Origin: an uncultured Candidatus Rokubacteria bacterium
GTDB taxonomy: Bacteria > Methylomirabilota > Methylomirabilia > Rokubacteriales > CSP1-6
Length of the DNA stretch: 64,000 bases
Reading direction: 5' to 3'
Assembly: GCA_963789955.1 (NCBI GenBank)
Contig: CAWBMV010000034.1
Span: 224,001-288,000, forward strand
Position numbers and translations under genes: made by a program. Numbering within the stretch: position 1 is the first letter of the stretch; each line of letters opens with the position of its first letter. Shown here piece after piece: positions 51,300 to 62,904 of the stretch. The notes under the pieces were generated by a model. The model ran no database searches, had not been told where the DNA came from, and saw only the letters and a program-made list of their open reading frames with translations.

Positions 51300-54200
51300 A
51301 TGTTGAGAGAGTGGCCGGCATTCGAAGCGCTGGCGAAATCCTTCGCCGAGGGAGATCCCTGTCTGCGCGTCGCCGGCCTCACCGGCTCGGCGCGCGCCTT
51401 GGCCGTCGCCGAGCTTCTCCAGGCCCATCCGCGCCCCGCGCTCGTCGTGGTCGCGGGCCTTGCCGAAGCCCACCGCTGGACGCAAGACCTGAAGCTCTTC
51501 GGCGCCACCGCGCTCGAGTTTCCCTCGCCGGAGCCGCGGCTCTGGCGCGGCGGCCACCACCGGGAGCTCGACGCCGAACGCGCGGTGATCGCGCGGCGGC
51601 TCACGGTCGCCGATCTGGTCACCGTGGTCGCGACGCCGGCGGCACTGAGCGCGCCGCTGTGGAGTCGTGAAGCGTTCGCGGCGCGCACGCTCCGGCTGGC
51701 GACCGGCGACCGCCTCGATCGCGAGCTCCTGCTCGAGGCGCTCGAGCGCTGCGGCTACGAAAAGGTCGAGACGGTCGTGACCGTCGGGCAGTGGAGCTTG
51801 CGCGGCGGGATCGTCGACGTCTTCTCGCCGAGCCAGGCGGGTCCGGCGCGGCTCGAGTTCTTCGGCGACGACATCGAGTCGATCCGCCTGTTCGATCCGA
51901 CCTCTCAGCGCTCGGTCGGGAAGCTCGACGAGCTGCTCGTCCTGCCGCTGCCACCCGAAGACAGCGCGCCCGAGCCCTCCGCGCGGCTGCTCGACTATCT
52001 GCCGGCGTCGGCCCCGGTACTGGTCGACTTGCCGAAGCTCCTGGACGAGCCGACCGACGAGACCGTGGCCGAGCCGCCGCTTCGCGAGCGGCTCGCCGGC
52101 CGCCAGCTCGTCGAGCTGAGTCTGGTCGCCGGGACGTCCAGCGCCACCGCCAGCCCCGAGGCGGCGACCGAGATCGTCCTGGAGACGCAGGAAGTCCCGC
52201 GCTTTACCGGTCGCTTCAATCAGCTCACCGCCGAGATCGCGCGCTGGCGCATCGAAGGCTTTCGCGTCCGACTGACCGCCGCCGACGAGCGCCAGGCGGA
52301 GCACGTCCGTCAGATCCTTCGCGAGCACCAGGTCGAAGCGGAGATCGCGACGTCGTTCGAGGGATCCCAGACGTTGACGATCGTCGTCGGCGAGTGCTCC
52401 ATGGGATTCTCCATCCCCGCCCTGGGCCTCATCGTGCTCACCGAGGGCGAGGTCTTCGGCTCGCGCCGCCGGTCGCTGCGCCGGCCCAAGTATCAGCGCG
52501 GCGCCGCGCTCACGGCGTTCACCGACCTGGCGCCGGGCGACATCATCGTCCACGAGGACCACGGGCTCGGACGCTATCTGGGTCTGCAGACCATGAAGGT
52601 CGGCGATCGCGAGAGCGATTTCCTGCTGCTCGAGTACTCGGAGGGCAATCGGCTCTACCTCCCGGTCGAGCGGCTCGAGCTCATCTCGAAATATCTCGGC
52701 GGCGACGCGGGCGCCGCCCGGCTCGATCGTCTCGGCGGCGCGTCCTGGCAGCGCGTGAAGGAGTCGGTCCGGGCTGCGTTGCGCGAGATGGCCGAAGGGC
52801 TGCTTCGCCTCTACGCGCAGCGCGCGGTGACCGAGGGCCACGCGTTCGCGGGGGACACGCCGTGGCAGCGCGAGTTCGAGGCGGCGTTTCGATTCGAGGA
52901 GACCGCCGATCAGCTCAGGGCGATCGAAGAGTCCAAGCGCGACATGGAGTCCGGCCGCCCGATGGATCGGCTGGTGGCCGGCGACGTCGGCTACGGCAAG
53001 ACCGAGGTCGCGCTCCGCGCCGCGTTCAAGGCGGTCGGCGACGGCATGCAAGTGGCGGTGCTGGTTCCGACGACGGTGCTGGCCCAGCAGCACTGGTCCA
53101 CGTTCGCCGACCGATTCGCGCCGTTTCCGGCGAAGGTCGAGCTGCTCTCGCGCTTCCGCTCGCCGAAGGAGCAGAAGGCGGTCGTCGAAGGATTGCGTCA
53201 GGGGACCGTCGACGTCGTGATCGGCACGCACCGGCTCCTGTCCAAAGACGTCGCGTTCAAGAACCTCGGCCTCATGGTCATCGACGAGGAGCACCGGTTC
53301 GGCGTCGCGCACAAGGAGCGTATGAAGCAGCTGCGCGCGTCGGTGGACGTGCTCGCGCTCACCGCGACACCGATTCCGCGGACGCTCTACATGTCGCTCT
53401 CGGGCGTGCGGGACATGTCGGTGATCGAGACCGCGCCGCTGGACCGGCTCCCCGTCGAGACGGTCATCCGGCGCTTCAGCCGCGGCGTCATCAAGGAAGC
53501 GCTCGAGCGCGAGCTCGCGCGCGGCGGCCAGGTCTTCTTCGTCCACAACCGGGTCCAGTCGCTGCCGTCGATGGCGAAGCTGGTGCAGGAGCTGGTGCCG
53601 GAGGCGCGCGTCATCATGGGCCACGGCCAGATGAAGGAGCGCGAGCTCGAAGCCACCATGGTGAAGTTCGTCACGGGTCAGGCCGACGTGCTCGTCTCCA
53701 CCGCGATCGTCGAGTCCGGGCTGGACATCCCGGCGTCCAACACGATCATCATCAACCGCGCCGATCGCTTCGGGCTCGCGCAGCTCTACCAGCTGCGGGG
53801 CCGCGTGGGCCGCGAGCGCCAGCAGGCCTACGCCTACCTGCTCGTTCCGGCGGACGGTCGAGTCGACGAACAGGCGCAGCGACGGCTTCGCGCGCTGCAA
53901 GAGCTGACCGAGCTGGGCTCCGGCTTCAAGCTCGCGATGCGAGACCTCGAGATCCGGGGGGCGGGGAACCTCCTCGGGGCCCAGCAGCACGGCCACATCG
54001 CCGCGGTCGGCTACGATCTTTATTCGAAGCTCCTGGCCGAAGCCGTGCGAGAATTGGCCGGCAATCAGACCGACGCGACGGTTGATCCAGTCATCAGCGT
54101 CGCGGTAGAAGGGTTTTTGTCCGACGAATATGTGCCCGAGGTCAATCAACGACTCGCCCTCTACAAACGCCTCGCCGGCGCGACCAGCGACGCCGAGGTG

Positions 54201-54521
54201 GCCGATCTCCGCGCCGAGCTCGCCGATCGGTTCGGCCCCTTGCCGGCGCCGGCCGATCAGCTGCTGGACATCGTGCGCATCCGCGTCGCGGCCCGCTCCG
54301 TGGGCATCGAGAAGGTCGAGGCCGGTGAGGGCAAGGCACTGGTCACGTTCTCGCCGGTCACCAAGCTGGACCCGGAGCACCTCGTCCGCGTCATCCAGCG
54401 AAGCCGGGGTCGCTTCAAGATGAAGCGCGAGTTCACGCTCGAGGCCACGATCCTGCGTGGCGAGTGGCCTCGGGTTCGCGACTCTCTCCTCGGGATGCTC
54501 GCCGACCTGGGACGTTCGTGA
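51300..54521 (+). CDS. mfd: Transcription-repair coupling factor
   Basis: [36 protein letters not shown] and QLRGRVGR motifs; TRCF tail. Confidence 0.96.
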   Translation: MLREWPAFEALAKSFAEGDPCLRVAGLTGSARALAVAELLQAHPRPALVVVAGLAEAHRWTQDLKLFGATALEFPSPEPRLWRGGHHRELDAERAVIARRLTVADLVTVVATPAALSAPLWSREAFAARTLRLATGDRLDRELLLEALERCGYEKVETVVTVGQWSLRGGIVDVFSPSQAGPARLEFFGDDIESIRLFDPTSQRSVGKLDELLVLPLPPEDSAPEPSARLLDYLPASAPVLVDLPKLLDEPTDETVAEPPLRERLAGRQLVELSLVAGTSSATASPEAATEIVLETQEVPRFTGRFNQLTAEIARWRIEGFRVRLTAADERQAEHVRQILREHQVEAEIATSFEGSQTLTIVVGECSMGFSIPALGLIVLTEGEVFGSRRRSLRRPKYQRGAALTAFTDLAPGDIIVHEDHGLGRYLGLQTMKVGDRESDFLLLEYSEGNRLYLPVERLELISKYLGGDAGAARLDRLGGASWQRVKESVRAALREMAEGLLRLYAQRAVTEGHAFAGDTPWQREFEAAFRFEETADQLRAIEESKRDMESGRPMDRLVAGDVGYGKTEVALRAAFKAVGDGMQVAVLVPTTVLAQQHWSTFADRFAPFPAKVELLSRFRSPKEQKAVVEGLRQGTVDVVIGTHRLLSKDVAFKNLGLMVIDEEHRFGVAHKERMKQLRASVDVLALTATPIPRTLYMSLSGVRDMSVIETAPLDRLPVETVIRRFSRGVIKEALERELARGGQVFFVHNRVQSLPSMAKLVQELVPEARVIMGHGQMKERELEATMVKFVTGQADVLVSTAIVESGLDIPASNTIIINRADRFGLAQLYQLRGRVGRERQQAYAYLLVPADGRVDEQAQRRLRALQELTELGSGFKLAMRDLEIRGAGNLLGAQQHGHIAAVGYDLYSKLLAEAVRELAGNQTDATVDPVISVAVEGFLSDEYVPEVNQRLALYKRLAGATSDAEVADLRAELADRFGPLPAPADQLLDIVRIRVAARSVGIEKVEAGEGKALVTFSPVTKLDPEHLVRVIQRSRGRFKMKREFTLEATILRGEWPRVRDSLLGMLADLGRS

Positions 54522-55615
54522 TCCGACGACTCCTGCGGCCGGTGCTCCTGACTCTCCTCCTGGCCGGGTGTTCGGTGCCTCAATGGATGCCGCTCATCGG
54601 CGGCGAGAAGCCGGTGAAGGACGAGCCGCCGAAGGCGGCGGGGCCGCCGCCGACATCGGCGGCGGTGCCGGTGCGACTGAGCTCCAACGGGTCGAAGGCA
54701 ACCCCACCCGACGAGCGAGTGACCGACCGCGTGCTGGCCATCGTGAACAACGACGCGATCACCCTCTCGGAGATCCAGGAGGCGATCGCCGTCTACAGGT
54801 ACGAGAATCGCGACCGGACGACCGAGAGCTCCGACCAGCTCGTCCAGCAGTTCCTGACGCGGATGATCGACAGCCGGCTGCAGGTGCAGGAGGCCGAGCG
54901 GGAAAAGATCGTCATCGACGAGGCCGAGATCGACGAAGAGCTGGCCGACCGCATCAAGAAGATGAACATGAAGAACCAGGAGGAGTTCGAGGCGGCGCTC
55001 AAGGCGCAGGGCATCCCGATGGCGGCGATCAGAAAGCGAATCGCCGACGAGCTGCGCCGCGGCCGCATCGTGAGCCGGAAGGTCCGGCTCCGCATCTCGG
55101 TGACGGAAGACGAGGTCACGCAGTATCTCGAGGCGAATCGGCCGAAGCTCGAGACGGGTCTCGCGTATCACGCGCGCCACATCCTGGTCCTGCCCGAGAC
55201 CGGCGCCGAGGACGCTGCCTGGGAGAACGCGCGCATCCGGGCCGAGCTGCTTCGGACTCAGCTGCTGCAGGGCGCCGACTTCGCCGAGCTGGCGAAGCAG
55301 AATTCGCGCGACGCGAGCGCCCGGGACGGCGGCGATCTCGGAACGCTCAAGCGCGGCGAGCTCGCGCTGGACATCGAGACGCAGATCCTGAGCCTGTCAC
55401 CCGGACAGATCTCGTCTCCGTATCGCTCCGCGCTCGGGTATCACATCTTCCGACTCGAATCGAAGGAGACCCTCGAGGGCGAGGGGCTGGCCCGCGTCCG
55501 GGCTCAGATCCGCGAGATTCTCTTCCGCGAAAAATTCGACACGCGGCTCGACGCGTGGCTCAAGGAGATCAAACAGCGCGCCGTCATCGACGTGCGCCTG
55601 GATGGACAACTCTGA
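54518..55615 (+). CDS. SurA/PrsA-like parvulin peptidyl-prolyl isomerase, lipoprotein
   Basis: Lipobox LLAGC; DRVLAIVN, ARHIL, FAELAK..S.D, GGDLG and GYHI motifs. Confidence 0.88.
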   Translation: MIRRLLRPVLLTLLLAGCSVPQWMPLIGGEKPVKDEPPKAAGPPPTSAAVPVRLSSNGSKATPPDERVTDRVLAIVNNDAITLSEIQEAIAVYRYENRDRTTESSDQLVQQFLTRMIDSRLQVQEAEREKIVIDEAEIDEELADRIKKMNMKNQEEFEAALKAQGIPMAAIRKRIADELRRGRIVSRKVRLRISVTEDEVTQYLEANRPKLETGLAYHARHILVLPETGAEDAAWENARIRAELLRTQLLQGADFAELAKQNSRDASARDGGDLGTLKRGELALDIETQILSLSPGQISSPYRSALGYHIFRLESKETLEGEGLARVRAQIREILFREKFDTRLDAWLKEIKQRAVIDVRLDGQL

Positions 55616-55621
55616 AAAGTA

Positions 55622-55651
55622 TTGACAATCGCGCCGCCAAAATGGGACGAT
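55622..55651 (+). promoter_or_regulatory. Sigma70-type promoter upstream of rho
   Basis: TTGACA, 18-nt spacer containing TG, then GACGAT. Confidence 0.55.
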
Positions 55652-55749
55652 GTGTTCCGCGTTAGCTTTCCAACCCCCCAGAAAACCTAGGGAAACAGGC
55701 TAACCTATCCACTTGCTTGCGGCGCCAGCGCCGCGCCCGGAGCCCTTTG

Positions 55750-57069
55750 ATGAGCGCCCGCCGAGAACGAAGCCAAGGCCAAGGAAGTCCGACACAAAAC
55801 CCCGAAGTGAACGGGATGAATCTTTCCGAATTGAAGGAAAAGAGCATCTCGGACCTCAACGTCATCGCCCGCGACCTGAACGTCCAGAACATGGGCGGCC
55901 TGCGCAAGCAGGAGCTGATCTTCAAAATATTGCAGTCGCAGGCGGAGAAGGACGGTCTGATCTTCGCCGAAGGCGTTCTGGAGGTCCTGCCGGACGGCTT
56001 CGGATTCCTGCGCGCGCCGGACTACAACTACTTACCGGGGCCGGACGACATCTACGTGTCGCCGTCCCAGATCAGACGGTTCGACCTCCGCACCGGCGAC
56101 ACCATCTCCGGTCAGGTGCGTCCGCCCAAGGATACGGAGCGGTACTTCGCGCTCCTGAAGGTCGAGGCGATCAATTTCGAGACGCCCGAGCAGGCGCGCG
56201 AGAAGATCTTCTTCGACAACCTCACGCCGCTCTATCCGATGGAGCGGCTGCGCCTCGAGCACGACTCCGAGAACCTGACGACGCGGGTCATGGATCTGCT
56301 CTGCCCGATCGGCAAAGGCCAGCGCGGCATGATCGTGGCCGCCCCCCGCACCGGTAAGACGATGATGCTGCAGTCGATCGCCCACGCGATCGCGACGAAT
56401 CACCCCGAGGTCTATCTGATCGTGCTCCTGATCGACGAGCGCCCCGAGGAAGTCACCGACATGCAGCGGTCGGTGAAGGGCGAGGTCATCTCGTCCACGT
56501 TCGACGAGCCGCCGCAGCGCCACATCCAGGTCGCCGACATGGTGATCGAGAAGGCCAAGCGTCTGGTCGAGCACAAGCGGGACGTCGTGATCCTGCTCGA
56601 CTCCCTCACGCGGTTCGCGCGCGCCCACAACGCGGTCATCCCGTCGTCGGGCAAGGTCCTGTCGGGCGGTCTCGACGCCAACGCGCTGCAGCGCCCGCGG
56701 CGCTTCTTCGCGACGGCACGGAACATCGAAGAGGGCGGCTCGCTGACGATCATGGCCACCGCCATCGTCGATACCGGCAGCCGGATGGACGACGTCATCT
56801 TCGAGGAGTTCAAGGGGACCGGCAACATGGAGGTCCACCTCGACCGCCGGCTGATGGACAAGCGCGTCTTTCCGACCATCAATATCGAGCAGTCGGGCAC
56901 CCGGAAGGAAGAGCTGCTCCTCGAGAAGGACGAGCTTCAGAAAGTCTGGCTCCTTCGCAAGGCACTCTCTCAGCTCAACCCCGTCGAGGGCATGGAGCTC
57001 CTGCTGGACAAGCTCAAGCTCACCAAGACCAACAAGGAGTTCCTGGCCTCGATGCACTCGATGGGGTAG
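55750..57069 (+). CDS. rho: Transcription termination factor Rho
   Basis: [32 protein letters not shown] and FKGTGNME motifs; start 55750 or 55816. Confidence 0.97.
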   Translation: MSARRERSQGQGSPTQNPEVNGMNLSELKEKSISDLNVIARDLNVQNMGGLRKQELIFKILQSQAEKDGLIFAEGVLEVLPDGFGFLRAPDYNYLPGPDDIYVSPSQIRRFDLRTGDTISGQVRPPKDTERYFALLKVEAINFETPEQAREKIFFDNLTPLYPMERLRLEHDSENLTTRVMDLLCPIGKGQRGMIVAAPRTGKTMMLQSIAHAIATNHPEVYLIVLLIDERPEEVTDMQRSVKGEVISSTFDEPPQRHIQVADMVIEKAKRLVEHKRDVVILLDSLTRFARAHNAVIPSSGKVLSGGLDANALQRPRRFFATARNIEEGGSLTIMATAIVDTGSRMDDVIFEEFKGTGNMEVHLDRRLMDKRVFPTINIEQSGTRKEELLLEKDELQKVWLLRKALSQLNPVEGMELLLDKLKLTKTNKEFLASMHSMG

Positions 57070-57090
57070 GCGAGGCCGAATTCCGCGGTT

Positions 57091-57119
57091 TTGCGTGTTC
57101 CGGCCGGGGCTGGTATCCT
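57091..57119 (+). promoter_or_regulatory. Putative promoter of rpmE
   Basis: TTGCGT, 17-nt spacer ending in TGG, then TATCCT. Confidence 0.5.
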
Positions 57120-57144
57120 TTGTAGCCCTGAGGGGGTGGCGACA

Positions 57145-57360
57145 GTGAAGGTGGGTATTCATCCGGATTATGTGGACACGACCATCACGTGCGCGTGCGG
57201 CGAGGTGGTTCACACCCGTTCGACCAAGCCCGACATCCGCGTGGAAGTGTGCTCCAAGTGCCATCCGTTCTATACCGGTAAGCACAAGCTCATGGACACG
57301 GCCGGTCGGGTCGAGCGATTCCAGAAGAAGTACAAGCGCCAGCCGCTGGCGACGTCGTAA
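57145..57360 (+). CDS. rpmE: 50S ribosomal protein L31 (zinc-binding type)
   Basis: [23 protein letters not shown] and GRVERF motifs. Confidence 0.96.
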   Translation: MKVGIHPDYVDTTITCACGEVVHTRSTKPDIRVEVCSKCHPFYTGKHKLMDTAGRVERFQKKYKRQPLATS

Positions 57361-57371
57361 CACGCGCTCCG

Positions 57372-57408
57372 AGGCCGGTGGGATCGAGCTCCTGCCGGCC
57401 TTTTCTTT
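57372..57408 (+). terminator. Intrinsic terminator after rpmE
   Basis: Stem AGGCCGG...CCGGCCT followed by TTTCTTT. Confidence 0.75.
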
Positions 57409-57414
57409 GTCCAT

Positions 57415-57470
57415 AGGCGCGCCTCGGCCGGCGGGGCCCCAGCCCCGCGACGGCCTGCAGCGCGCACTAC
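57415..57470 (-). repeat. Dispersed REP-like repeat, copy D (inverted)
   Basis: Reverse complement matches copy A over ~55 bp with about one mismatch. Confidence 0.9.
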
Positions 57471-57514
57471 CACGCCCATCGAACGGCGTCCGCCAACGGG
57501 CGCGTTGAGCCGCG

Positions 57515-58588
57515 ATGCTGTTTGACAAGCTTCGCCAGATCGAAGAGCGATCCAACGAGATCGCGCGGGCGCTGTCCGATCCCGCCATCTTCAGCCAGCC
57601 GAACGAGTACGCCCGGCTTCGCCGGGAGCACGCCGACACCGTCGAGATCGTCGAGCGCTTCATCCTCTACCGCGACGTCCTGCGCCGCATCGGGGAAGCG
57701 CGGCACATCCTGGCCGAGGGCGGTGACCGCGAGCTGGCCGAGCTCGCCCAGGCGGAGATCGACGAGCTCACCGTCAAGCAGACCGCGCTCGAGGAAGAGC
57801 TGAAGCGGCTCCTGCTGCCGCGCGATCCCAACGACGAGAAGAACGTCTTCGTCGAGATCCGCGCCGGCGCCGGCGGCGACGAAGCCGCGCTCTTCGCCGC
57901 GGACCTCACCCGGATGTACACGAAATACGCCGAGCGTCAGAAGTGGCGCGTCGAGGTCATGGACGCGAGCGCCACCGGAGTCGGCGGGTTCAAGGACGTG
58001 ATCCTGTTCGTCCACGGCCGCGGCGCCTGGAGCCGGCTGAAGTTCGAGCGCGGCGTGCATCGCGTGCAGCGCGTGCCCGTCACCGAGTCGAGCGGCCGGA
58101 TTCACACCTCGACGGTGACCGTCGCGGTCCTGCCGGAGGCCGAGGACGTCGACGTCAAGATCGAGGAAAAGGACCTGCGCGTCGACGTCTATCGCTCGTC
58201 CGGGCCCGGCGGTCAGGGCGTCAACACGACGGACTCGGCGGTGCGGATCACGCACCTGCCGACCGGCCTCGTCGTGACGTGCCAGGACGAGCGGTCGCAA
58301 ATCAAGAACCGCGCGAAGGCGATGCGCGTGCTCAAGGCGCGGCTGCTCGAGCGCGCGCAGCAAGAGCAGCAGGCGGCGATCGCGGCGGACCGCAAGAGCC
58401 AGGTCGGTACGGGCGAGCGGAGCGAGCGGATCCGTACCTACAATTTCCCGCAGACGCGGGTCACCGATCATCGCATCGGGCTCACGCTCCATCGGCTGCC
58501 GACCGTGCTGGAAGGCGATCTCGACGAGCTGATCGACGCGCTCGTGTCGGCCGAAGAAGCCGAGCGCCTGCAGCGGGTGGAGCACTGA
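57515..58588 (+). CDS. prfA: Peptide chain release factor 1
   Basis: PVT anticodon-mimic motif, GGQ motif and RTYNFPQ. Confidence 0.97.
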   Translation: MLFDKLRQIEERSNEIARALSDPAIFSQPNEYARLRREHADTVEIVERFILYRDVLRRIGEARHILAEGGDRELAELAQAEIDELTVKQTALEEELKRLLLPRDPNDEKNVFVEIRAGAGGDEAALFAADLTRMYTKYAERQKWRVEVMDASATGVGGFKDVILFVHGRGAWSRLKFERGVHRVQRVPVTESSGRIHTSTVTVAVLPEAEDVDVKIEEKDLRVDVYRSSGPGGQGVNTTDSAVRITHLPTGLVVTCQDERSQIKNRAKAMRVLKARLLERAQQEQQAAIAADRKSQVGTGERSERIRTYNFPQTRVTDHRIGLTLHRLPTVLEGDLDELIDALVSAEEAERLQRVEH

Positions 58589-59448
58589 TGGCGGCCGCGA
58601 CCTACGCCGACCAGCTCGCCGCCGCGACGACGGCGCTGGAGGCCGCCGGTCTGCCGAGCGCCCGCGTCGACGCCGAGTGGCTGCTCGCCGGACTGCTCGG
58701 GCTCGGCCGAGTGGCGGCCCGCCTGGAGCTGGGGGAAGCGGCTCCCGCGCCGCTCGCCGAGCGTTACGCCCGTGCCGTGAGCCGGCGGGCGCGGCGCGAG
58801 CCGCTCCAGCGGATCCTGGGCTGGGAAGAGTTCCGCGGCGTGCGCGTGCGCCTCACCGATTCGGTGCTCGTGCCGCGGCCCGAGACCGAGACGCTCGTCG
58901 AGTGGGCGCTGGCGCTCCTGCCTGCGCCCGGTCCCCGGCGGCTGCTGGCGATCGACGTCGGCACCGGGTCGGGATGTATCGCGTGCGCGCTGGCCAGTGA
59001 GCGTGCCGACCTCGACGTCGTCGCCGTCGACGTCTCGCCCGCCGCCGCGGCCGTCGCGCGCGAGAACGTGCGCGCCCTCGACCTCGCGGGGCGGGTCCGG
59101 GTGGTCGCGGCGGACCTGTTCGCCGGGTTGCGCGACATCCGGGCCGACCTGATCGTGAGCAATCCGCCGTATCTTCCGAGCGCGCTCATGCCGGAGCTCC
59201 CGCCGGAGGTGCGGATCCACGAGCCGAGGCTTGCTCTCGACGGCGGAAGCGACGGCCTCGCGGTGATCCGTAGGATCGCGACCGCGGCGCGCCCTTACCT
59301 GCGTCCGTCCGGCGTGCTCGTCGTCGAGACCGCGGGCGGCGATCAGGCGTCCGCCGCCGCGGCGCTCCTGCGCGGGGCGGGCTGGGATCAGGTGGCGGTG
59401 CGCGGCGACCTGGTCGGCATCGAGCGGTTCGTCGCCGGGAGAGCGTGA
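58588..59448 (+). CDS. prmC: Release factor glutamine methyltransferase
   Basis: EPLQRILG, LVPRPETE, DVGTGSGCIA and SNPPY motifs. Confidence 0.95.
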   Translation: MAAATYADQLAAATTALEAAGLPSARVDAEWLLAGLLGLGRVAARLELGEAAPAPLAERYARAVSRRARREPLQRILGWEEFRGVRVRLTDSVLVPRPETETLVEWALALLPAPGPRRLLAIDVGTGSGCIACALASERADLDVVAVDVSPAAAAVARENVRALDLAGRVRVVAADLFAGLRDIRADLIVSNPPYLPSALMPELPPEVRIHEPRLALDGGSDGLAVIRRIATAARPYLRPSGVLVVETAGGDQASAAAALLRGAGWDQVAVRGDLVGIERFVAGRA

Positions 59449-59507
59449 TGCCGGCTCGTCTCGAGATCGAGGGCGGTGTGCCGCTCCGGGGCCGCGGGCG
59501 CTCATGA
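59448..59507 (+). pseudogene. murA: murA remnant (19 codons; N-terminus joined to a short tail)
   Basis: MPARLEIEGGVPLRG resembles the MurA N-terminus. Sits in the conserved prmC-murA-hisG slot, coupled at both ends (TGATG with prmC, ATGA with hisG). Confidence 0.7.
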
Positions 59508-60163
59508 AGGCGCGCCTCACGCTCGCGCTGCCGAAGGGACGCCTGCTCGACGGCGCGCTGGAGCTCCTGCGCGAGCTCGGCGTCGAGGGCGTCGACCAGG
59601 ACTCGCGCCGATTGATCTTCACCGATCCGCGCAGCGGGCTGCGCATGCTGTTCCTGAAGCCCGTCGACATCCCGGCGTACGTGCTGTACGGCGCGGCCGA
59701 CGTGGGCATCGTCGGCAAGGACATCCTGCTGGAGCAGGAGCCCGACGTCTACGAGCCGCTCGATCTCGGGTTCGGATTCTGCCGGCTCGTGGTGGCGGAG
59801 CTGCGCGAGCTCCAGGAGCGCGACGATCCGACGAAGTGGTCGTGGGTCCGCGTCGCGACGAAATACCCCCGGCTGGCCGAGCAGTACTTCACCGAGCGCG
59901 GCGTCCAGGTGGAGCTCGTGCGGCTCGACGGCTCGGTCGAGCTGGCGCCGCTCGTGGGGCTCGCCGAGCGCATCGTCGATCTGGTCCAGTCGGGCGAGAC
60001 CTTGCGGGCGAACGGGCTGGTCGAGGTCGCCGAGATCACCCGATCGACCGCGCGCCTGATCGTGAACCGCGCGTCGATGAAGACCGAGCACGCGGCGGTC
60101 AACGAGCTCGTCGACGAGATGAAAAAGGCGCTCCACGCCGCGCCCCGAGGCGCCCAGCCATGA
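59504..60163 (+). CDS. hisG: ATP phosphoribosyltransferase, short form
   Basis: [14 protein letters not shown] and [22 protein letters not shown] motifs; 219 aa. Confidence 0.95.
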   Translation: MKARLTLALPKGRLLDGALELLRELGVEGVDQDSRRLIFTDPRSGLRMLFLKPVDIPAYVLYGAADVGIVGKDILLEQEPDVYEPLDLGFGFCRLVVAELRELQERDDPTKWSWVRVATKYPRLAEQYFTERGVQVELVRLDGSVELAPLVGLAERIVDLVQSGETLRANGLVEVAEITRSTARLIVNRASMKTEHAAVNELVDEMKKALHAAPRGAQP

Positions 60164-61475
60164 TCCGGACCCTGGACGCGCGGGCCGGTGTCGACGCGGT
60201 CGTGGCGGCGCTCGAGCGCTCGCCCGAGACGGTCGCGCCCGAGATCCACCGGACCGTCGACACGATCCTCGCCGCGGTCCGCGCGCGTGGCGACGCGGCG
60301 CTCTGCGAGCACACGGCGCGACTCGACGGCTGGACTCCCGCGCGCCCGGCCGATCTGGCGCTGGCCTCGGCCGACTTCGAGAACGCCGAGCGTGCGGTTG
60401 CCGCCGACGTTCGCGCGGCCCTGGGATACGCGGCCGAGCGCATCGAGCGCTACCACGCCGCCGCGATGCCGAAGTCGTGGCGGATGACCGACGAGCACGG
60501 CTCGATCCTGGGTCAGGAAGTGCGCCCGCTCGACCGCGTCGGGGTCTACGTTCCGGGCGGGCGCGCCGCGTATCCGTCCACCGTGTTGATGACGGTCGTC
60601 CCGGCACGGGTCGCCGGCGTGAAGGAGATCGTGCTCGTCACGCCCGCCGGCGCCGGCGGCCGGATCGATCCGGTCGTGCTCGCCGCCGCCCGGATCGCCG
60701 GCGTCACCGAGGGCTATCGGATCGGCGGCGCGCAGGCGGTCGCGGCGCTCGCGTACGGCACGTCGTCGATCCGCCGGGTCGACAAGATCGTGGGCCCCGG
60801 CAACATCTACGTCGCGCTCGCCAAGTCACGCGTCTTCGGCGAGGTCGGGATCGACATGGTGGCCGGGCCCAGCGAGGTCGTCGTCATCGCCGACGCGGCC
60901 GCGTCCGCCGAGTGGATCGCCAGCGACATGCTCGCCCAGGCCGAGCACGACCCGATGGCGCGCGCGCTCTTGATCACCGACACGAGCGAGCTGATCCCGC
61001 GCGTGGAGGCGGCCCTGGAGCGTCAGCTCGCGACATTGCCCCGGCGCGCGATCGCCGAGCAGTCGCTCCAGGCCAACGGCGCCCTGATCCGGGTGGCGAA
61101 TCTCGACGACGCGGTCACCTTGGCCAACTTGCTCGCGCCCGAGCACCTCGAGCTGCTGGTGGCCGCGCCCGCGGCGCTGCTGCCGCGGGTGAAGCACGCC
61201 GGGCGCGATCTTTCTCGGCGGGCACACGCCGGAGGTGGTGGGCGACTACGTCGCCGGACCCGAACCACGTGCTGCCGACGGCGGGCACGGCGCGGTTCGC
61301 GTCGCCGCTCTCGACGGACGATTTCGTGAAGCGCTCGAGCGTGATCGAATACTCGCGCGGCGGACTGCGCGCCGCCGCGCCGCATCTGACGACCCTGGCG
61401 CGCATCGAGGGCCTGGCCGGGCACGGCAACGCGGCGGCCCTGCGGCTGGACCCCGACGGAGGGAAGAGCACATGA
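60160..61475 (+). CDS. hisD: Histidinol dehydrogenase; frameshifts near 61200-61262
   Basis: [35 protein letters not shown] and NHVLPT motifs. Confidence 0.93.
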
Positions 61476-62077
61476 GCCCCGACCCCACGGCCCGGCAGGC
61501 ACGCGTCGAGCGCAAGACGAAGGAGACGGAGATCGCGCTCCACCTCAATATCGACGGCACCGGCGCCTCCAAGGTGCAGACGCCGATCCCGTTCTTCAGC
61601 CACATGCTGGAGGCCTGGTCGAAGCACGGGCTGATGGATCTCGCGGTCGAGGCGCAGGGCGACGTCGAGGTCGACCAGCACCACACCGTGGAGGACGTGG
61701 GGATCGTCCTCGGCCAGGCGCTCCGCCAGGCGCTCGGCGACAAGCGCGGCATCGTGCGCTACGGAACGTCGTACATCCCGATGGACGAGGCGCTGGTCTC
61801 GTCGTCCGTCGATCTGTCCGGCCGGCCGTTTCTGGTCTTCAGCGTGCCGGTCGCACGCTCGCGCGTGTCGAACTTCGATCTCGACCTGCTCCAGGAGTTT
61901 TTCCGCGCCTTCGCGTTCAACGCCGAGATCACGCTCCACGTGACCATGCACTACGGCCACAATCTCCACCACGTCACCGAAGCCGTGTTCAAGGCCGTCG
62001 GGCGAGCGCTGGCCGAGGCGACGCGGCTGAATCCTCGCATCACCGGGATCTTGCCGTCGACGAAGGGTACGTTGTGA
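61472..62077 (+). CDS. hisB: Imidazoleglycerol-phosphate dehydratase
   Basis: [26 protein letters not shown] and PSTKG motifs. Confidence 0.95.
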   Translation: MSPDPTARQARVERKTKETEIALHLNIDGTGASKVQTPIPFFSHMLEAWSKHGLMDLAVEAQGDVEVDQHHTVEDVGIVLGQALRQALGDKRGIVRYGTSYIPMDEALVSSSVDLSGRPFLVFSVPVARSRVSNFDLDLLQEFFRAFAFNAEITLHVTMHYGHNLHHVTEAVFKAVGRALAEATRLNPRITGILPSTKGTL

Positions 62078-62170
62078 TCGCCGCTTACGAGCCGCAGCCG
62101 AAGGCGAGGCGAGGCTATGATCGCCGCTTTACGAGCCGCAGCCGAAGGCGAGGCGAGGCTATGATCGCCG
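62075..62170 (+). repeat. Tandem ~43-bp duplication spanning the hisB/hisH junction
   Basis: TGATCGCCGCT(T)TACGAGCCGCAGCCGAAGGCGAGGCGAGGCTA twice, then TGATCGCCG. Confidence 0.9.
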
Positions 62171-62904
62171 TGATCGATTACGGGCGCGGGAATCTCGGCT
62201 CGGTCGAGAAGGCGTTCCGGCGCATCGGGATGCCGGCGGTGATCACGCAGGATCCGCGGAGCCTCGACGAGGCCGACGCGGTGGTGCTCCCCGGCGACGG
62301 CGCGTTCCACGACGCGATGGCGAACCTCGATCGCCTCGGCCTCGTGCCCGCGTTGCGTCGGGCGCTCGACGGCAGCCGGCCGTTTCTCGGCATCTGCCTC
62401 GGCTATCAGCTGCTGTTCTCGACGAGCGAGGAGTTCGGCGAGGGACGCGGGCTCGACGTGGTGCCGGGCGCCGTGCGCCGGCTGCCGGCCGGACGGAAGA
62501 TCCCGCACATGGGCTGGAATCGCGTGGAGCACGCGGGAGAGCTTCGGCTCTTCGACGGCATACCGTCGGGCGCGCACTTCTATTTCGTCCACTCGTTTTA
62601 TCCAGTTGTAGCGGGGGCCGTGAGCACGGCTTTGACCGAGGGTGGCCTGAGACAGGCGCGTGTGGCTCCGGACGCCCGATCTGATGCTTCGGACTCGCGA
62701 TCCGGGGCTCCGGACGCGGGGTCTTTGGTTCCGGAGGCTCGGTCCGTTGCGTTGCGGACGGCGTGGTGCGAGTACGGCGTGAAGTTTGCCGCTGCGATCG
62801 AGGTGGGGCGGATTCATGCGACGCAGTTCCATCCCGAGAAGAGCCAGCGGTGGGGGCTCCGCATGCTCGAGAACTTCGCCGCCATCGTGAAGAGCGGCCG
62901 GTGA
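62161..62904 (+). CDS. hisH: Imidazole glycerol phosphate synthase subunit HisH, with an internal ~45-aa insertion
   Basis: IDYGRGN, LPGDG, LGICLG, PHMGWN, YFVHS and QFHPEKS motifs. Confidence 0.93.
   Translation: MIAVIDYGRGNLGSVEKAFRRIGMPAVITQDPRSLDEADAVVLPGDGAFHDAMANLDRLGLVPALRRALDGSRPFLGICLGYQLLFSTSEEFGEGRGLDVVPGAVRRLPAGRKIPHMGWNRVEHAGELRLFDGIPSGAHFYFVHSFYPVVAGAVSTALTEGGLRQARVAPDARSDASDSRSGAPDAGSLVPEARSVALRTAWCEYGVKFAAAIEVGRIHATQFHPEKSQRWGLRMLENFAAIVKSGR
62665..62748 (+). repeat. Four degenerate 21-bp in-frame repeats inside hisH
   Basis: Encodes APDARSD/ASDSRSG/APDAGSL/VPEARSV. Confidence 0.75.

Noticed and set aside
51249..54380. 1043-aa minus-strand ORF
   Set aside because: Antisense shadow of mfd, common in high-GC genomes.
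62605..62760. Intein in HisH
   Set aside because: Too short, with no C/S start or HN-C/S/T splice junction.
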